In this document: positions 25,677 to 39,239 of the stretch, one piece after another
Numbering within the stretch: the stretch's first letter is position 1
How the letters are laid out: each line of letters opens with the position of its first letter
DNA from: Octopus vulgaris
Taxonomy: Eukaryota
Assembly: GCA_951406725.2 (NCBI GenBank)
Contig: OX597821.1
Location: 29,636,001-29,700,000 of the forward strand
Length of the DNA stretch: 64,000 bases
Direction of reading: 5' to 3'
Notes under the pieces: model-generated
Told to the model about the DNA's origin: nothing
What the model saw: only the letters and a program-made list of their open reading frames with translations
Database searches by the model: none
Position numbers and translations under genes: made by a program

Positions 25677-26758
25677 TCTGTGTGTGTGTGTATATATATA
25701 TATAGTGCCTGTCTGTATATATGTAAATATTTATACAAATCATTGAAGCATACTCATATATTACACGTCTATGTATATTTATACATGCATAGTCAAATTT
25801 ACACACACACATACAGAGTTTCGTAGAATCTGTTGCCATTAAAAGCCGACGAGAATGCATCGTAGCTCTTCGCCCCGACATTCGAAACTCCGAGTACTCT
25901 AACGACAACTTTTTACTGTTTGTTCTAAACTATAACATTATATAATACAAATATGTGAATATAGATACGGACAGGGAATGTAGACACGGACAGGAGTGGT
26001 TACGAAGTTCGCACAGCAATCATGAGGTGGTGGGTTCGATCCGAAAGCAGTTTTAGCTAGACTTATGGCTTTCTACTATAAGAAAAAAAAACAAGGTCGA
26101 CGAAAGCGTTGAATGAAGTTGGGTTGACGGAAATAATTAGATGAATTGGACCTTTAATTCAAACGACCAGCATTGTCACTTATTTCATCCAGGAAATACG
26201 TTCTGGGTACACATGTCTATAGAATAGTCGGCCAGTTACACGACATAGTTCAAGGAACTCGGTTGATCTAATAACTAAGGTGGTTCCTGAACCCTCCTAC
26301 TACCAGCTGATGTGTTCTTTAGACGAGACATCTTTTGGAGCAATCATGGTGGAAATCGAGAGAAACTCATATATATATATATATACATAAATAGGGAGAG
26401 TTTACGAAAAAAAAACAACAAAAGACGAAGACAGGTGGTGTACAAAACAAACAGATGTATTAGTATAACGCTCAGGAATAGAAAAAGTCCTTTACATTTC
26501 GAGCCTACGCTCGTCTACAGAAAGGGACACAGAAAAAACAAGGAGAGAAATATATATATATATATATTTTCTTTAATACCCACAAGGGGCTAAAGACAGA
26601 GGGGACAAACAAGGACAGACAAAGAGATTAAGTTGATTACATTGACCTCATTGCATAACTGGTACTTAATTTATCGACCCCGAAAGGATATATAAATATA
26701 TATGCACATGTAATTAGATATAACTATATATTGGAGGTATGCCCAATATAACTATGCG

Positions 26759-26807
<49 letters not shown>

Positions 26808-27232
26808 TATGTGCATGTGTGTATATAGATATATATCTGCAATGCGTGTATGTGTATATGTGTACGTGAGTGTGTGTGTATCTGTCTCAATGTGTGTGTG
26901 TGTGTGCGTATGTTCATTTATGTATGTGTATAGGCAATTGTTCCGTCTGCAATCCTTCAGAGATTTACGGGTGCACACACCAAAGCAAATGGATACCCTT
27001 TCCTAGTTTCGTTACATATTTGACGTTTATGAGTTTCACTTCCAATTTTATTTGACTGAAATATCCATATCACGACTAGTATTGACGTATTTCAGGAATA
27101 TATTATTCTTTGATGATATATAAACTATATACACGCGTACATTTTTATACACACGCACACATCTTCCTCTCTCGCTCTCTCTTTGCCGTTCTCTCCTTAT
27201 AATGTACGTGTATATGTGTATACAGTGTGTGC

Positions 27233-27287
<55 letters not shown>

Positions 27288-28189
27288 TCTGAATATACCT
27301 ATCTATATATACATCTGAATATATATATATATATTTATATCTTTGTACGTGTGCATATATGTATGTTTAAATATATATATGTAATATATGTATGTGTACA
27401 AGTATATATATATATATATATATATGCATATGTGTATCTATATATATGTTTGTGTACGCACGTGCATTCAGAATACAGTCATGAAATATACATACATATA
27501 TAAAGGATAAAGACATGCACAGGCTTATATACACATACATATACACACAAACACATTGTTATATAGCTTAATATAACCTACCTTGTAATTCATTAGGGGT
27601 TAGAGATATATATACGCATACGTGTTTAGCCGCCAACACTTTCACACACACACTATGCATGCATCAGTGTGTGTGTGCGCGCGCGCATATGTGTAGCTTT
27701 TAAACACGTGTGTATGTATGTACATCGCTAACCTTTGATAGCTTCAAAAGTGTATGTTAACATATATATATCACAGAGTGAATATATATATATATATATA
27801 TATATAAATATATAGATACTTTTTTATACACTCGCATGTGTATACATTATATGAACACTTTAGCCAAACGATATCTGACATCAAGCAGACGATAGATACA
27901 TGTGACCAACTACCTGTGTGTATGTGTGTACAGATATACGTGTGTGTATATAGCTATACGCATCCCCAACAAGTAATGAACCGCTGAAATATAGTAATAC
28001 TAGAGGTAATATAAATATTTCAGTCAAATAAAATTGAAGAAAAAACACATAACCCATAAAAATTTGACAAAACTAGGAAAGAGTATCCATCTGCTATCAA
28101 TAAATCCCGTAAGGATTGCAGTCGAGCACTTGCTTATATATGTGTGTGTGCGTGTGTTTTTTTATATATATATATATATATATGTATGT

Positions 28190-28406
28190 ATATATAAATA
28201 CGCACACATGCATATATATATTTGTGTATATATATATATATATATATGTATATATAAAAACGCACACACGCATATATATATATAAATACGCACACACGCA
28301 TATATATATATAAATACGCACACACGCATATATATATATAAATACGCACACACGCATATATATATATATATATACACACGCATATATATATATAAATACG
28401 CACACA

Positions 28407-28410
<4 letters not shown>
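28190..28410. repeat. Minisatellite, ~28-30 bp unit (aaatacgcacacacgca(ta)n), about 7 copies
   Basis: Direct reading. Confidence 0.9.
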
Positions 28411-28442
<32 letters not shown>

Positions 28443-28633
28443 AACACATCCACGTGTATGTGTGTGCGGGCGCGATTACAAACGCATGTTTATAAAAACA
28501 CTGAGGCACATATACATTATATGGCTATACATAAATTGAGAGTAATGTATTTGCATTACACACAAATATATCAGACTTACTTCTGACTCGAAGGTGTACT
28601 AAACACCTATATGCTTCAATCACATATAATATA

Positions 28634-28675
<42 letters not shown>

Positions 28676-28779
28676 AATTTAATGTGAAAGATATTTGACT
28701 GCTATTTCTAGACACAACAGAATATGCTTCAACACACGAACTCATATAAAGAATCTTGTAAACCAAATCCAAAAACGAA

Positions 28780-29445
28780 ATATATATATGTACATATATA
28801 TATGTATATATATATATACATATAAATACATACATATATATACATATAAATACATACATATATATACATATATATACATACATATATATACATATATATA
28901 CATACATATACGTATATACATATATATACATACATATATATACATATAAATACATACATATACGTATATACATATATATACATACATATATATACATATA
29001 CGTATATACATATATATACATACATATATATACATATATATATACACATATATACATATACATATATATACACATATATACATATATATACATATATACA
29101 TACATATAAATACACATATATATATATACATATGTATACATATATATACACATATATACATATGTATATATACATATGTATATACACATACATATATATA
29201 CATATATATATACATATATATATACACATATATATATACACATATATATACACACATATATACATATATATATACACACATATATACATATATATATACA
29301 CACATATATACATATATATACACACATATATATATACACATATATACATATACATATATATACATATATATACATATATATATATATACATATACACACA
29401 CACACATATATATATACACATACACACACATATATATATATAGAG
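28780..29445. repeat. Long compound TA/CA/TACA low-complexity array
   Basis: Direct reading; source of the 232-269 aa spurious ORFs. Confidence 0.95.
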
Positions 29446-29548
29446 AGAGAGAGAGACGCATATACATATATATATATACGTTTAAATATATAGGCATGTA
29501 TTGTGTGTGTGTATATATCGAGAGATATGTATAAATCTAAGTATGCTC

Positions 29549-29593
<45 letters not shown>

Positions 29594-30099
29594 CATATAC
29601 ACACACACATACGTACATAGGAATGTAAACGCATATATAAGCGATACATGTATGCGCGCGTTCTCTCTCTCACACACACACACACCGAACACAGTCGTCT
29701 TATGTTTTAAGTGTGTGGGAGAATAATTAAATCGGTGAACTTAATCGAATGAACAGATCACACACAACGCACCTGAATAGATTTGATTATAAGTAACCTA
29801 ATCTAAATCTTAGTCTTTTCATCACTGATTACAGATATTTAATGACTATTTTTAATATATTCTAATCTCACACTAATTACTAACTAATACTGACATTAAT
29901 TTCATTACTGTAGTTGTAATTATACGTTAATTAAACACCCACCCCCCAGGTCAATGATGAATTAAAGACGTTCCAGACACGACCATTCCGCTTTTTTTTG
30001 TTGCTTTTTTCTTGTTTTACTCGTTTTATTTCTAGACAGTATGAATGTAAGGCAACATAATCAAATACCTACTTGCTTTAAAACAAAGAAATAACAGTT

Positions 30100-30605
30100 A
30101 TAATTCTATGAGGGAGATTTTGACTGTTATATCTAGCATGCCGACTGAAGATGGAGAGCGTTCGGTCTTCCATGTAGGATCGATCTACCTTTAAATTCAT
30201 TTGCGGGATTTGTGGAAAATATAAGAGAACAATTTGATGGGGAGAAATTTGACTGCGATTTCTAGCATGCTGACCGAAGACGTGGTGTATTCTTTCTTCT
30301 ACGTATATTTGAATTAACTTTAAATTCTTTTGTGCGATACAAAAGGGGGGGGGGTTATTGTACAATTTAATGCGAAAGATATTTGACTGCTATTTCTAGC
30401 ATGCCGACCAAAGACGCAGTGTGTTCTTCCATTGTAGGTTCGGATTTACCGTTAATTTTGTTCGTGCGATTTGTGGGATGAAATCAATACAATTTGATAT
30501 GAGATGAAACTGACTGCTATTTCTAGCATGCCGACCGAAGACGCGGTGTGTTCTTCCACACTGGTTCGGATTTACCTTCAGTCTTATTCGTGCGATTTGT
30601 GGGGT
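30100..30605. repeat. Four diverged tandem units of ~125-135 bp
   Basis: Core tgactgctatttctagcatgccgaccgaagacg recurs at ~30121, 30250, 30384 and 30511, each followed by ..tgcgatttgtgg-like ends. Confidence 0.85.
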
Positions 30606-31395
30606 TTATTAGGATGTCCGTTAATAATCTGTCAAATATATAATAAATAAGGGTACTAGATGGAACCAGTTTTGCTAGAAACAGGAGCAGAAACTCCGCT
30701 TTACTTCTTCATTTACAGCAGATAAAATACAATTATAACCGTATAGCCTCAATGTTTTACTCTTATATATGTATTGAGTACTCCTGATTTCGTTGGTGGC
30801 AACAACAACTTAACCCATTTTTATTGCTTTTAAGAAATCGATGAAAACGTGTAAACACAGAGTCACAATTAGTGAAGTTTTAAGTCTTTGAGAGAATGTG
30901 TGTATATATATGTATATGTATATGCATGTGTGTGTGTGTGTGTGTGTGTGAATATGTATGTGTATATGTATGCATATGTGTGTGTGGCGAAACGTGAAAC
31001 TTGGAGCAGCCGGGTAATATCACAACTTCTATATTATAATGAATGATTTAAGTATGGAGTACTTTTACTTCATGTTTTTCAATTCAAGCATGTGTGTGTG
31101 TATGAGTGCATAACCCTGCATAACTCGGAGTAGCAAGACAGCATAATCTTAATCCAGTTTGAGTGATATAATAGTTTAATCATAGGGCATCAGGATGGAG
31201 TACTCTCCTTCTCGCTTGTAAATAAATTCAAACATGAATGCATACACTTCTGTATATACATGTGTGTGTGTGTGTATGATGTATATATATGTGTGTGTGT
31301 GTATGTATGTATATATATATATGTGTGTGTGTATGTATGTATATATATGTGTGTGTGTGTGTATGTATATATATGTGTATGTATGTATGTATATA

Positions 31396-31430
<35 letters not shown>

Positions 31431-31633
31431 GTGTGTATGTATATATATATGTGAGTGTGTATGTATGTATATGTATATATATGTGTGTATGTATGTATAT
31501 ATATATATGTGTGTGTGTGTGCGCATACAGACGCATGTATGTGTGTATGCATGCAATAACCGCTGTATTTATTAACCGCTGCAATAACAATCACCTCAAG
31601 TTTTCTTGTTGCTTTTTTTTTTACCGCAAAAGA

Positions 31634-31678
<45 letters not shown>

Positions 31679-31702
31679 ACAGAGTATTTATTTGGTACAT
31701 AC

Positions 31703-32053
31703 CTTAACTTCTTATATCTCCATAATACCACGTTTTAAATAGTGGTGGTCGTGTTGATATTGTTTAAATAATTGTTGTGACATGGTAGGTAGAAGTCAGC
31801 AATAAGATCTCACAATAAACAAACATAAATATATATATATATATATATTATATAATATTATATATTAATACTATATATATATCAGTATAATAATAATATT
31901 ATGTCAACTGTTTCTTGGTGGTATCTCACTGTGTTGATAAGATGATAAATCCATATATATATATATATATATAATTAAAAAAAACCTCGTTCTTTAAAAT
32001 GTGCTTTTTTTGTTTGTATTAATCCATAGAAACCAGGCCTTTTGAAAGGTGAG

Positions 32054-32116
<63 letters not shown>

Positions 32117-32229
32117 GTATATGTATATATATATAAGTAGTAGTGATAGTAGTTACAAGAGATCTCTTGCTGTGATAGATAAATCCATATAAATCTGGTT
32201 TTTGTATTATGTGGCTGGTGTATCTTGCA

Positions 32230-32264
<35 letters not shown>

Positions 32265-32700
32265 GTATGTTTCCTCCTTTAGTAAATGTTTCGTAAACTA
32301 TGTGTAGTGTATTTTACACTACACTAAAAAGCTTATATGATACGATATAATATTATTCCGTAATGTGTGGTGTTTTGTGGTTGTTGTGCCGTGTAAACAA
32401 GCCACAGAAGTAAAAAGCAGGCTTTAAAAGTAGTAGTAGTAATAATAGTATAGCAGCAGAAGCCGAAGAAGAAAAGAAAGCCAAGGAGTAGACCACCACA
32501 ACACTTATCAGTCAGTTATCAAACTAAAACAAAGAAAGAAGAAGAAAAAAAAAAGGAAAGAAAAAAAGCCTCTGTTCTTGTTATAATAAAATAATACTAA
32601 TAATAATAATGATAACCATAACACCAGCGAACACAACACAACACCATCAGCTCACATCTCTTTTACATTGCATCAATATCAACCAAGGTAACACCTTCTG
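31703..32700 (-). other. Candidate non-coding first exon / 5' UTR of a minus-strand gene, with a 23-codon uORF
   Basis: Donor AAG|gtatgt at 31703/31702. ctaccATG ORF MSQQLFKQYQHDHHYLKRGIMEI* at 31783-31712. TE-free stretch with a GA-rich block upstream (32715-32830). The upstream boundary is uncertain. Confidence 0.25.
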
Positions 32701-32875
32701 ATGGAAGTAGTGTGAGGGAGAGAGAGAGAGGAGTGAGATAGAGAGTGGGGATAGAGGGGGGAGGAGGAGGAGGAAACACGTACACTCACATACGTATAAT
32801 TTCTACCCTCTCTCTCTCTCTCTCTCTCACTGTATATAAAAATGTGTGAGTGTCTGTGTATATATAAGTGTGTGT

Positions 32876-33150
32876 GTGTGTGTTTGTGTTAGTATGGATA
32901 TGTGAGTGTGTGTGTGTTTGTGTTAGTATGGATGTGTGAGAGTGTGTGTGTGTAAGTGTGTGTGTGTTAGTATGGCTGTGTGAGTGTGTGTGTGTTTATG
33001 TTAGTATGGATGTGTGAGTGTGTGTGCGTGTATGTTTGTGTTAGTATGGGTGTGCGTGTGTGTGTTTGTGTTAGTATGGATGTGTGAGTGTGTGTGCGTG
33101 TATGTTTGTGTTAGTATGGGTGTGTGTGTGATTGTGTGTTTGTGTTTGTA
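32876..33150. repeat. Minisatellite, ~28-36 bp unit (tgtttgtgttagtatggatgtgtgag(tg)n)
   Basis: gttagtatgg recurs 7 times. Confidence 0.9.
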
Positions 33151-34615
33151 TGGGTGTGTGTGCGATGTGTTGAGTGAATGAACGAAAGAGAGAGAGAGAA
33201 AGTGATGACTGAGTGTGCGAGTGAGTGAAAGAGTGCCACTGTAAGTGGAGGTGCGGGTAGAGTAACAGAAAATATAGCGGGAACGCAGATAGAAAGAAAG
33301 TAAAGAGAGAAAGTGAGTACAATGTAAAGAGAGGGAACTGGAGGGGTAGTTAGAGTAAGGGATTGACATAGACAGAGAAAGAGAGGGAGACAGAGAGAGG
33401 AAAAGAGAAAGAAACTACGGTAAGAAAGGCGGTACCCCAACGTGTGTGCGTATACATAAAAACATGCACACACATTACATATATATATATATATATGTAT
33501 GTATGTGTGTGTGTATGTAGATATAGAGATAGATAGATAGATAGACAGACAGATAGATAGCTCCTTGAATATATATCGTTGACTGTCGACATGTATGTGC
33601 GTGTGTATATATGTTATATATTATATATATAAATTTATTTATTTATCTATTTATTAACGGCAAAAGTAACTGAGTGACTCTACGGCTGAGAGTTGCTAGA
33701 GCGCCTTAGTATCACACGGTAAAAAAAAAAAGTAAACCACTGATAAGTCAATCGGGACGATATGGTTTCGATTCGCGGTGAAAACCATTTAAATTGATTT
33801 GAAACGCTAATCTAACAGCTAAACGTGTGAATGTTATAACGTCCCAAATCGCAACCTTTTTAGATATACGAAGAATCTATCCACATATATGTATATGTTA
33901 ATGTAGACACAGAAGCTCACACACACGTGTGTGTGTGTGTGTGTGTGCGTGTGTGCATAGAAGCGTGTCTACATACGTCTGTGTGCACAAGTGTATGTGT
34001 CTATACGTATGTATGCATTATATATTTGTATGTTATTTGTGTATGTGCGCATTATGAGTTAAGCGATGCTGTTTCGAATCGCAGCCGAGTCTGCTTCGTG
34101 TCATATATTTACTCTGAATACGAGTTTCTTCGGGGGTCACTCGCCCTTCTAAAAATAGCAGCTAAATCAATCGCAAATCATATCATGCCGTTTTCAAAAT
34201 AGAAAAAAGAAAAAAAGAATGAACATTCTTAATAAAACCGATGCATTTTGGAAACAAGGAAGATTACAGCTGGAATACTTCTGATCATTGTTATGCAATG
34301 TGAGCGCTAATGCAGGGCTAAATCATATCAACAACAACAATAACAGGAATTTCATGAGACGAAGCGAGAGACTTTATGGGGCCGATTGATATGTTAGAAA
34401 CAGTAGCTTAATATCCTTCGAATCAAGTTTTAACTATCTTAAAATTCTGAACACTTTGATTAAAGTGGTCCAGAGTGCATGTCCGGCATAATAATAATAA
34501 TAAATAAATAAATAAATAATTGAAAACGGAATGGTCACGGCTGGAATTCGTTTTATCGTAAGCTTGCTCGATCAGGACTGATCTTGGGCTAAGCGACTAA
34601 ACAAAAGTACCATAA

Positions 34616-35180
34616 ACGCAAGAGTGGCTGTGTGGTAAGTAGCTTGTTTACCAATCACATGGTTCCGGGTTCAGTCCCACTGCGTGGCACCTTGGGCAGG
34701 TGTCTTCTACTATAGCCTCGGGCCGACCAAAGCCTTGTGAGTGGATTTGGTAGACGAAACTGAAAGAAGCCCGTCGTATATATGTATATATCAGGATATA
34801 CACAACGAGCACAAACTGACTCAAACTCGCTCCTACACATGTCAAATTTAAGCAGAGAATACAACCTGGCAACCACACCAGACTCTGAGGGTGGAGTCTT
34901 CGACTTGGCCTGAGCATGGACTCAAACCCAAATGAAATGAAAATGAAATGTATGTGTCTGTGTTTGTGTATCTGTGTTTGTCCCCCTAGCATTGCTTGAC
35001 AACCGATGCTGGTGTGTTTATGTCCCCGTCACTTAGCGGTTCGGCAAAAGAGACCGATAGAATAAGTACTGAGCTTACAAAAGAATAAGTCCCGGGGTCG
35101 AGTTGCTCGATTAAAGGCGGTGCTCCAGCATGGCCGCAGTCAAATGACTGAAATAAGTAAAAGAGAGTAAACAGAGTAAA
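34616..35180 (+). mobile_element. SINE family A interrupted by a LINE 3' fragment
   Basis: Head 34616-34790 and tail 34950-35180 match 2774-3183. Confidence 0.9.
34791..34950 (+). mobile_element. 3' tip of a CR1/L2-like LINE with (GAAAT)n tail
   Basis: Translates as GYTQRAQTDSNSLLHM.., comparable with KAAASNSLMHQ in the 38197 LINE relic; ends aaatgaaatgaaaatgaaatg. Confidence 0.55.
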
Positions 35181-35268
35181 CACCACAGCATCAAGGAAAT
35201 ATAAGTCGTTATTCTAAGATAAATAAGAGCAAATGCGCGCGCACGTGTGTGTGTGTGTTTGTGTGTGT

Positions 35269-35299
<31 letters not shown>

Positions 35300-35609
35300 G
35301 TGGTTACATCGACGGCAGACAGCGAAGACGTGTAATGCTTTGCGGTATCAAGAGACAGGCGCTTCTGGTTTGTGAGTTCGAATCTAACTAACACCAACTT
35401 TGTTCAACTTAGATATTCATCAAATTAAATTAAAATAATGCATGGGTATGAGTGTGTAGGGGACGGAAATTCCATTCGCCTAACATGTGGGTCCGAGTTT
35501 GATTCCACTGTTCGTTATTTTGTTGATAGTCGGGTACGTACAGCGTGAGTTCCGGGCGGGGCTGCCTTTGAGTTTATCGCACCCACCCTGGCAACTCTAA
35601 ACAGGATTA

Positions 35610-36026
35610 GGATCTTTTCGGTTTGAACGGCAGTTTTTAACATAATTTCTAGGTAACTAAAAAATTTTAAACTTCGTATACTGGTAGAATGTGTTTATAA
35701 AACATCTTTTTCTCTTGGCTTTATTGAGAAAATTCTATAGTTTGTAAGGTATTTGTTGTTTTTTTTTCTTCAATTTCTGCAATTTCAACCAATCAATGAC
35801 CGTATATTGAGGCAAAAAAAAAAACATTCTGTGCCGTATGAATATGTCCCTCGTTTAAGAAACAGATTGGGTTTATTTACATTTGTGAAGAAAAAAAGAT
35901 ACCCTTCCTCCCACCTCAACCAACCCTAGCCCTAAAACAGATTGAAATGCAATAGATCGATACTAGGGTCATAATTATGGGTGACAATTTCATATGACAC
36001 CGCGAGAAAAAACTGCCGTTCAAACC
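35610..36026 (+). mobile_element. Merlin-like MITE, right TIR missing its last 10 nt
   Basis: Body nearly identical to the other copies; caggatta on both flanks (35602-35609, 36027-36034). Confidence 0.9.
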
Positions 36027-36278
36027 CAGGATTATAAAGCAGACCCAAAATTACCGGTTCCATAAAAGCATCGCCCAGGGCGGAGTACACCCGACCCTTA
36101 TACCCCTTCTTCATAGCTACGATAGTGATTTTAGACAAGTATCTGATATCAAATGCTTGAGTTATGCACTGTGAATGAAAGTTGATAGAAGAAAACTGCC
36201 CGTTGCAAACATACATGTATGTGTGTGTTCGCGTGTGTGTGTTTGTGTGTGCGTGTGTGTGTATGCGTGTGTGTGTAG

Positions 36279-36356
<78 letters not shown>

Positions 36357-36699
36357 AGATAGATAGATAGATAGATTTCTTTACTACCCACAAAGGGTTA
36401 AACATAGAGGGGACAAACAAGGACAGACAAACGGATTAAGTCGTTTACATCGACCCCAGTGCATAACTGGTACTTAATTTATCGACCCCGGAAGGATGAA
36501 AGGCAAAGTCAACCTCGGCGGAATTTGAACTCAGAACGTAACGGCAGACGATATACGACTACGCATTTCGCCCGGCGTGCTAACGTTTCTGCCAGCTCGT
36601 CGAAATTGAACAATAAATAAAAAAAAAAAAAATTAAAAAGAAAATAGATTGATAGATAGATAGATAGGACATATCTTTTTTATCTGTTTTTCATTTCAG

Positions 36700-37075
36700 C
36701 GTTTCAGTCATTAAACTCCGACCATGCTGGGGCACCGCCTTGAACAATTTTTAATCGAATGAATCGACCCCAGTACTTTTTTTCTTAACCCTGATACTTA
36801 TTCTATTGGCTCCTTTCGCTTAACCGCTTGATTACGGAGACGTAAACATACCAACGCCGGTTGTCAAGCGGTGGTGGGAAACGATCACAGACACAAATAC
36901 CCCCCCCCCCATTCTCACCCACTCCCACCTACCCACATTCTCATATAACGGGGTTCTTTCAGTTGCCGCCTACCAAATCCACTCACATGGCTTCAATCGG
37001 CTCGAGTCTATAGCAGAAGAAACCCAAGGTGCCATGCAATGGGACTACACCCGGAACCACGTTGTTAGGAAGTTG
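36700..37075 (-). mobile_element. Diverged SINE family A copy
   Basis: Tail, core and head motifs recognisable. Confidence 0.8.
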
Positions 37076-37267
37076 CATATATATATACAAATGTAACGGG
37101 AAGGTTTACGAAAATAAACAAAAGACGAAGGCAGGTGGAGTACAAACAAACAAATGTATTAGTATGGCGCTCAGGAATAGAAATAGAACAAGTCTTTTAC
37201 GTTTCGAATGTATATATATATGTACGTATGCATGTATGTATACACACACACACAAACGCGCATATAC

Positions 37268-37337
<70 letters not shown>

Positions 37338-37505
37338 AGGGAAATGGAAATTAATTAAAATTAAAAACATTCAATTAAAATTTACATTTCCAATATATAT
37401 ATATATATGTATGTATGTATGTGTAGATACATAGGTTAAATAATATGAAGCAACAAAGCCAAGGCAGTGTGAAATTTCTAGGACATTTTATAAAGAGAAG
37501 GGTAG

Positions 37506-37745
37506 CCTTACAGCTGTTTCAGGGTTATAAAGGATATCCCATCACCAGAGACGGAAATAGAAGGAAATAGTAGAGTTCAATATAAGAAGTTATTTTGTAA
37601 AGGGAGGGATATAGGAAGTATAAAGAGAAATATAAGAATAACAATAACGATAAAGATATATGTTGGATGTTAACAGCAAGCTTAACATCCAAAATATCTC
37701 TTTATTTTTATATCTTTTTTATATCCCAGAAACAGCTGTAAAAGG
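37506..37745. mobile_element. Imperfect fold-back of Penelope-like terminal fragments
   Basis: ccttacagctgtttcagggttata pairs with tatatcccagaaacagctgtaaaagg; inner hairpin ttggatgttaa/ttaacatccaa at 37662-37692. Confidence 0.55.
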
Positions 37746-37844
37746 ATTTGACGAGTCTTGAAAAGGTTTCAAGACGCAACGAAAAAATTTTTAGAAGAAA
37801 TAAATTAAATGAGTGGAAATCGAACTGGTGAGTGTGTTAAATAA

Positions 37845-38052
37845 TACTCTTTACTCTTTTACTTGTTTCAGTCATTTGACTGCGGCCATGCTGGAGCACC
37901 ACCTTTAGTCGAGCAAATCGACCCCGGGACTTATTCTTTGTAAACCGAGTACTTATTCTATCGGTCTTTTTTGCCGAACCGCTAAGTGACGGGGACGTAA
38001 ACACACCAGCATCGGTTGTCAAGCAATGCTAGGGGGACAAACACAGACACAA

Positions 38053-38104
<52 letters not shown>

Positions 38105-38600
38105 GATTGATTGATTGATTGATTGATTCCAGTTTCAGCTTATGAGCTGTGGCCATGCTGGGGCACCGCCATTTGGTGTTGCTACTTGGTTTCACTTCAT
38201 GGAGGCTTTCTAGCAACTGCTATTTGGTGCATGAGAGAGTTCGATGCAGCTGCCTTCATCTGCCCCTCCTGCCGTGAAGTTGGTTCATCTGGGACACCTG
38301 ACAGGAAGAGATCCAGCTCCATTTTAAAGACATCTGTATCCACCCCATGCAGGTCTCTCAGGTTCATCGGGAGGATATTGAAGAGCTGTGGGCCTCGGAA
38401 GCCCAGGCTATCACAGAATCTTGTCCTACATCTTGATGTATACATATATATACGACGGGCTTCTTTCAGTTTCCGTCTACAAAATCCACTCACAAGGCAT
38501 TGGTCGGCCCGAGGCTATAGTAGAAGACACTTGCCCAAGATGCCACGCAGTGGGACTGAACCCGGAACCATGTGGTTGGTAAGCAAGCTACTCCTGCACC
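37845..38600 (-). mobile_element. SINE family A interrupted by a LINE 3' fragment
   Basis: Tail 37845-38100 and core/head 38445-38600. Confidence 0.9.
38105..38440 (-). pseudogene. CR1/L2-like LINE 3' end (ORF2 C-terminus, 3' UTR and (ATCA)n tail)
   Basis: SLGFRGPQLFNILPMNLRD..DVFKMELDLFLSGVPDEP..SNSL is a typical LINE ORF2 C-terminal motif. UTR ggcggtgccccagcatggccacagctcataagctgaaac; tail-only copies at 12568-12610 and 56386-56450. Confidence 0.85.
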
Positions 38601-38622
38601 AGGAAGTAAAAAGTATATATAT

Positions 38623-38726
<104 letters not shown>

Positions 38727-39097
38727 TGTTGTTGTTGTTGTTGACATGTGTACGTGTTTACATGTAAAGCTGGTGCTGGATCAATCAAAAAGCGTTTTTA
38801 GTAAGCAGTTCGATATTGTTGATTGATTAAGTAAGTACCAGACTAACATAAGTATTGTGGTCGATATCTTTTTTCCTAAATCCATGACAGCAAAGAAATT
38901 ATTAATAGAAAGTAAAATAAAAATTAAAATAAAAATTAAAAACATGATAAGAAGTTTGCTTCACTTCCACAATAATTCCGGGTTCCGAGTCCACTGCGTG
39001 GCACCTTTGGCAAGCGTCCTCTTCTTCTTTAGCTCCAGGCTAATCAATGCCTTGTGGATGGATTTGGTAGATGGAACTTGAAAGAAGCGAGTCGAAC

Positions 39098-39132
<35 letters not shown>

Positions 39133-39208
39133 CACATACACAGGTACATACAAACATGCATACGTGTGTGTGTGCGCGCAGGTGTATGTGTGTACATGTG
39201 TGTGGGGG

Positions 39209-39239
<31 letters not shown>

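Noticed and set aside
28620-29497. Longest ORFs (232-269 aa)
   Set aside because: Translations of TA/CA microsatellite (YIYI/CVCV), open on both strands; no real coding signal.
30100-30605. CRISPR array
   Set aside because: The sequences between the cores are homologous to each other and ~100 bp long, and there are no cas genes.
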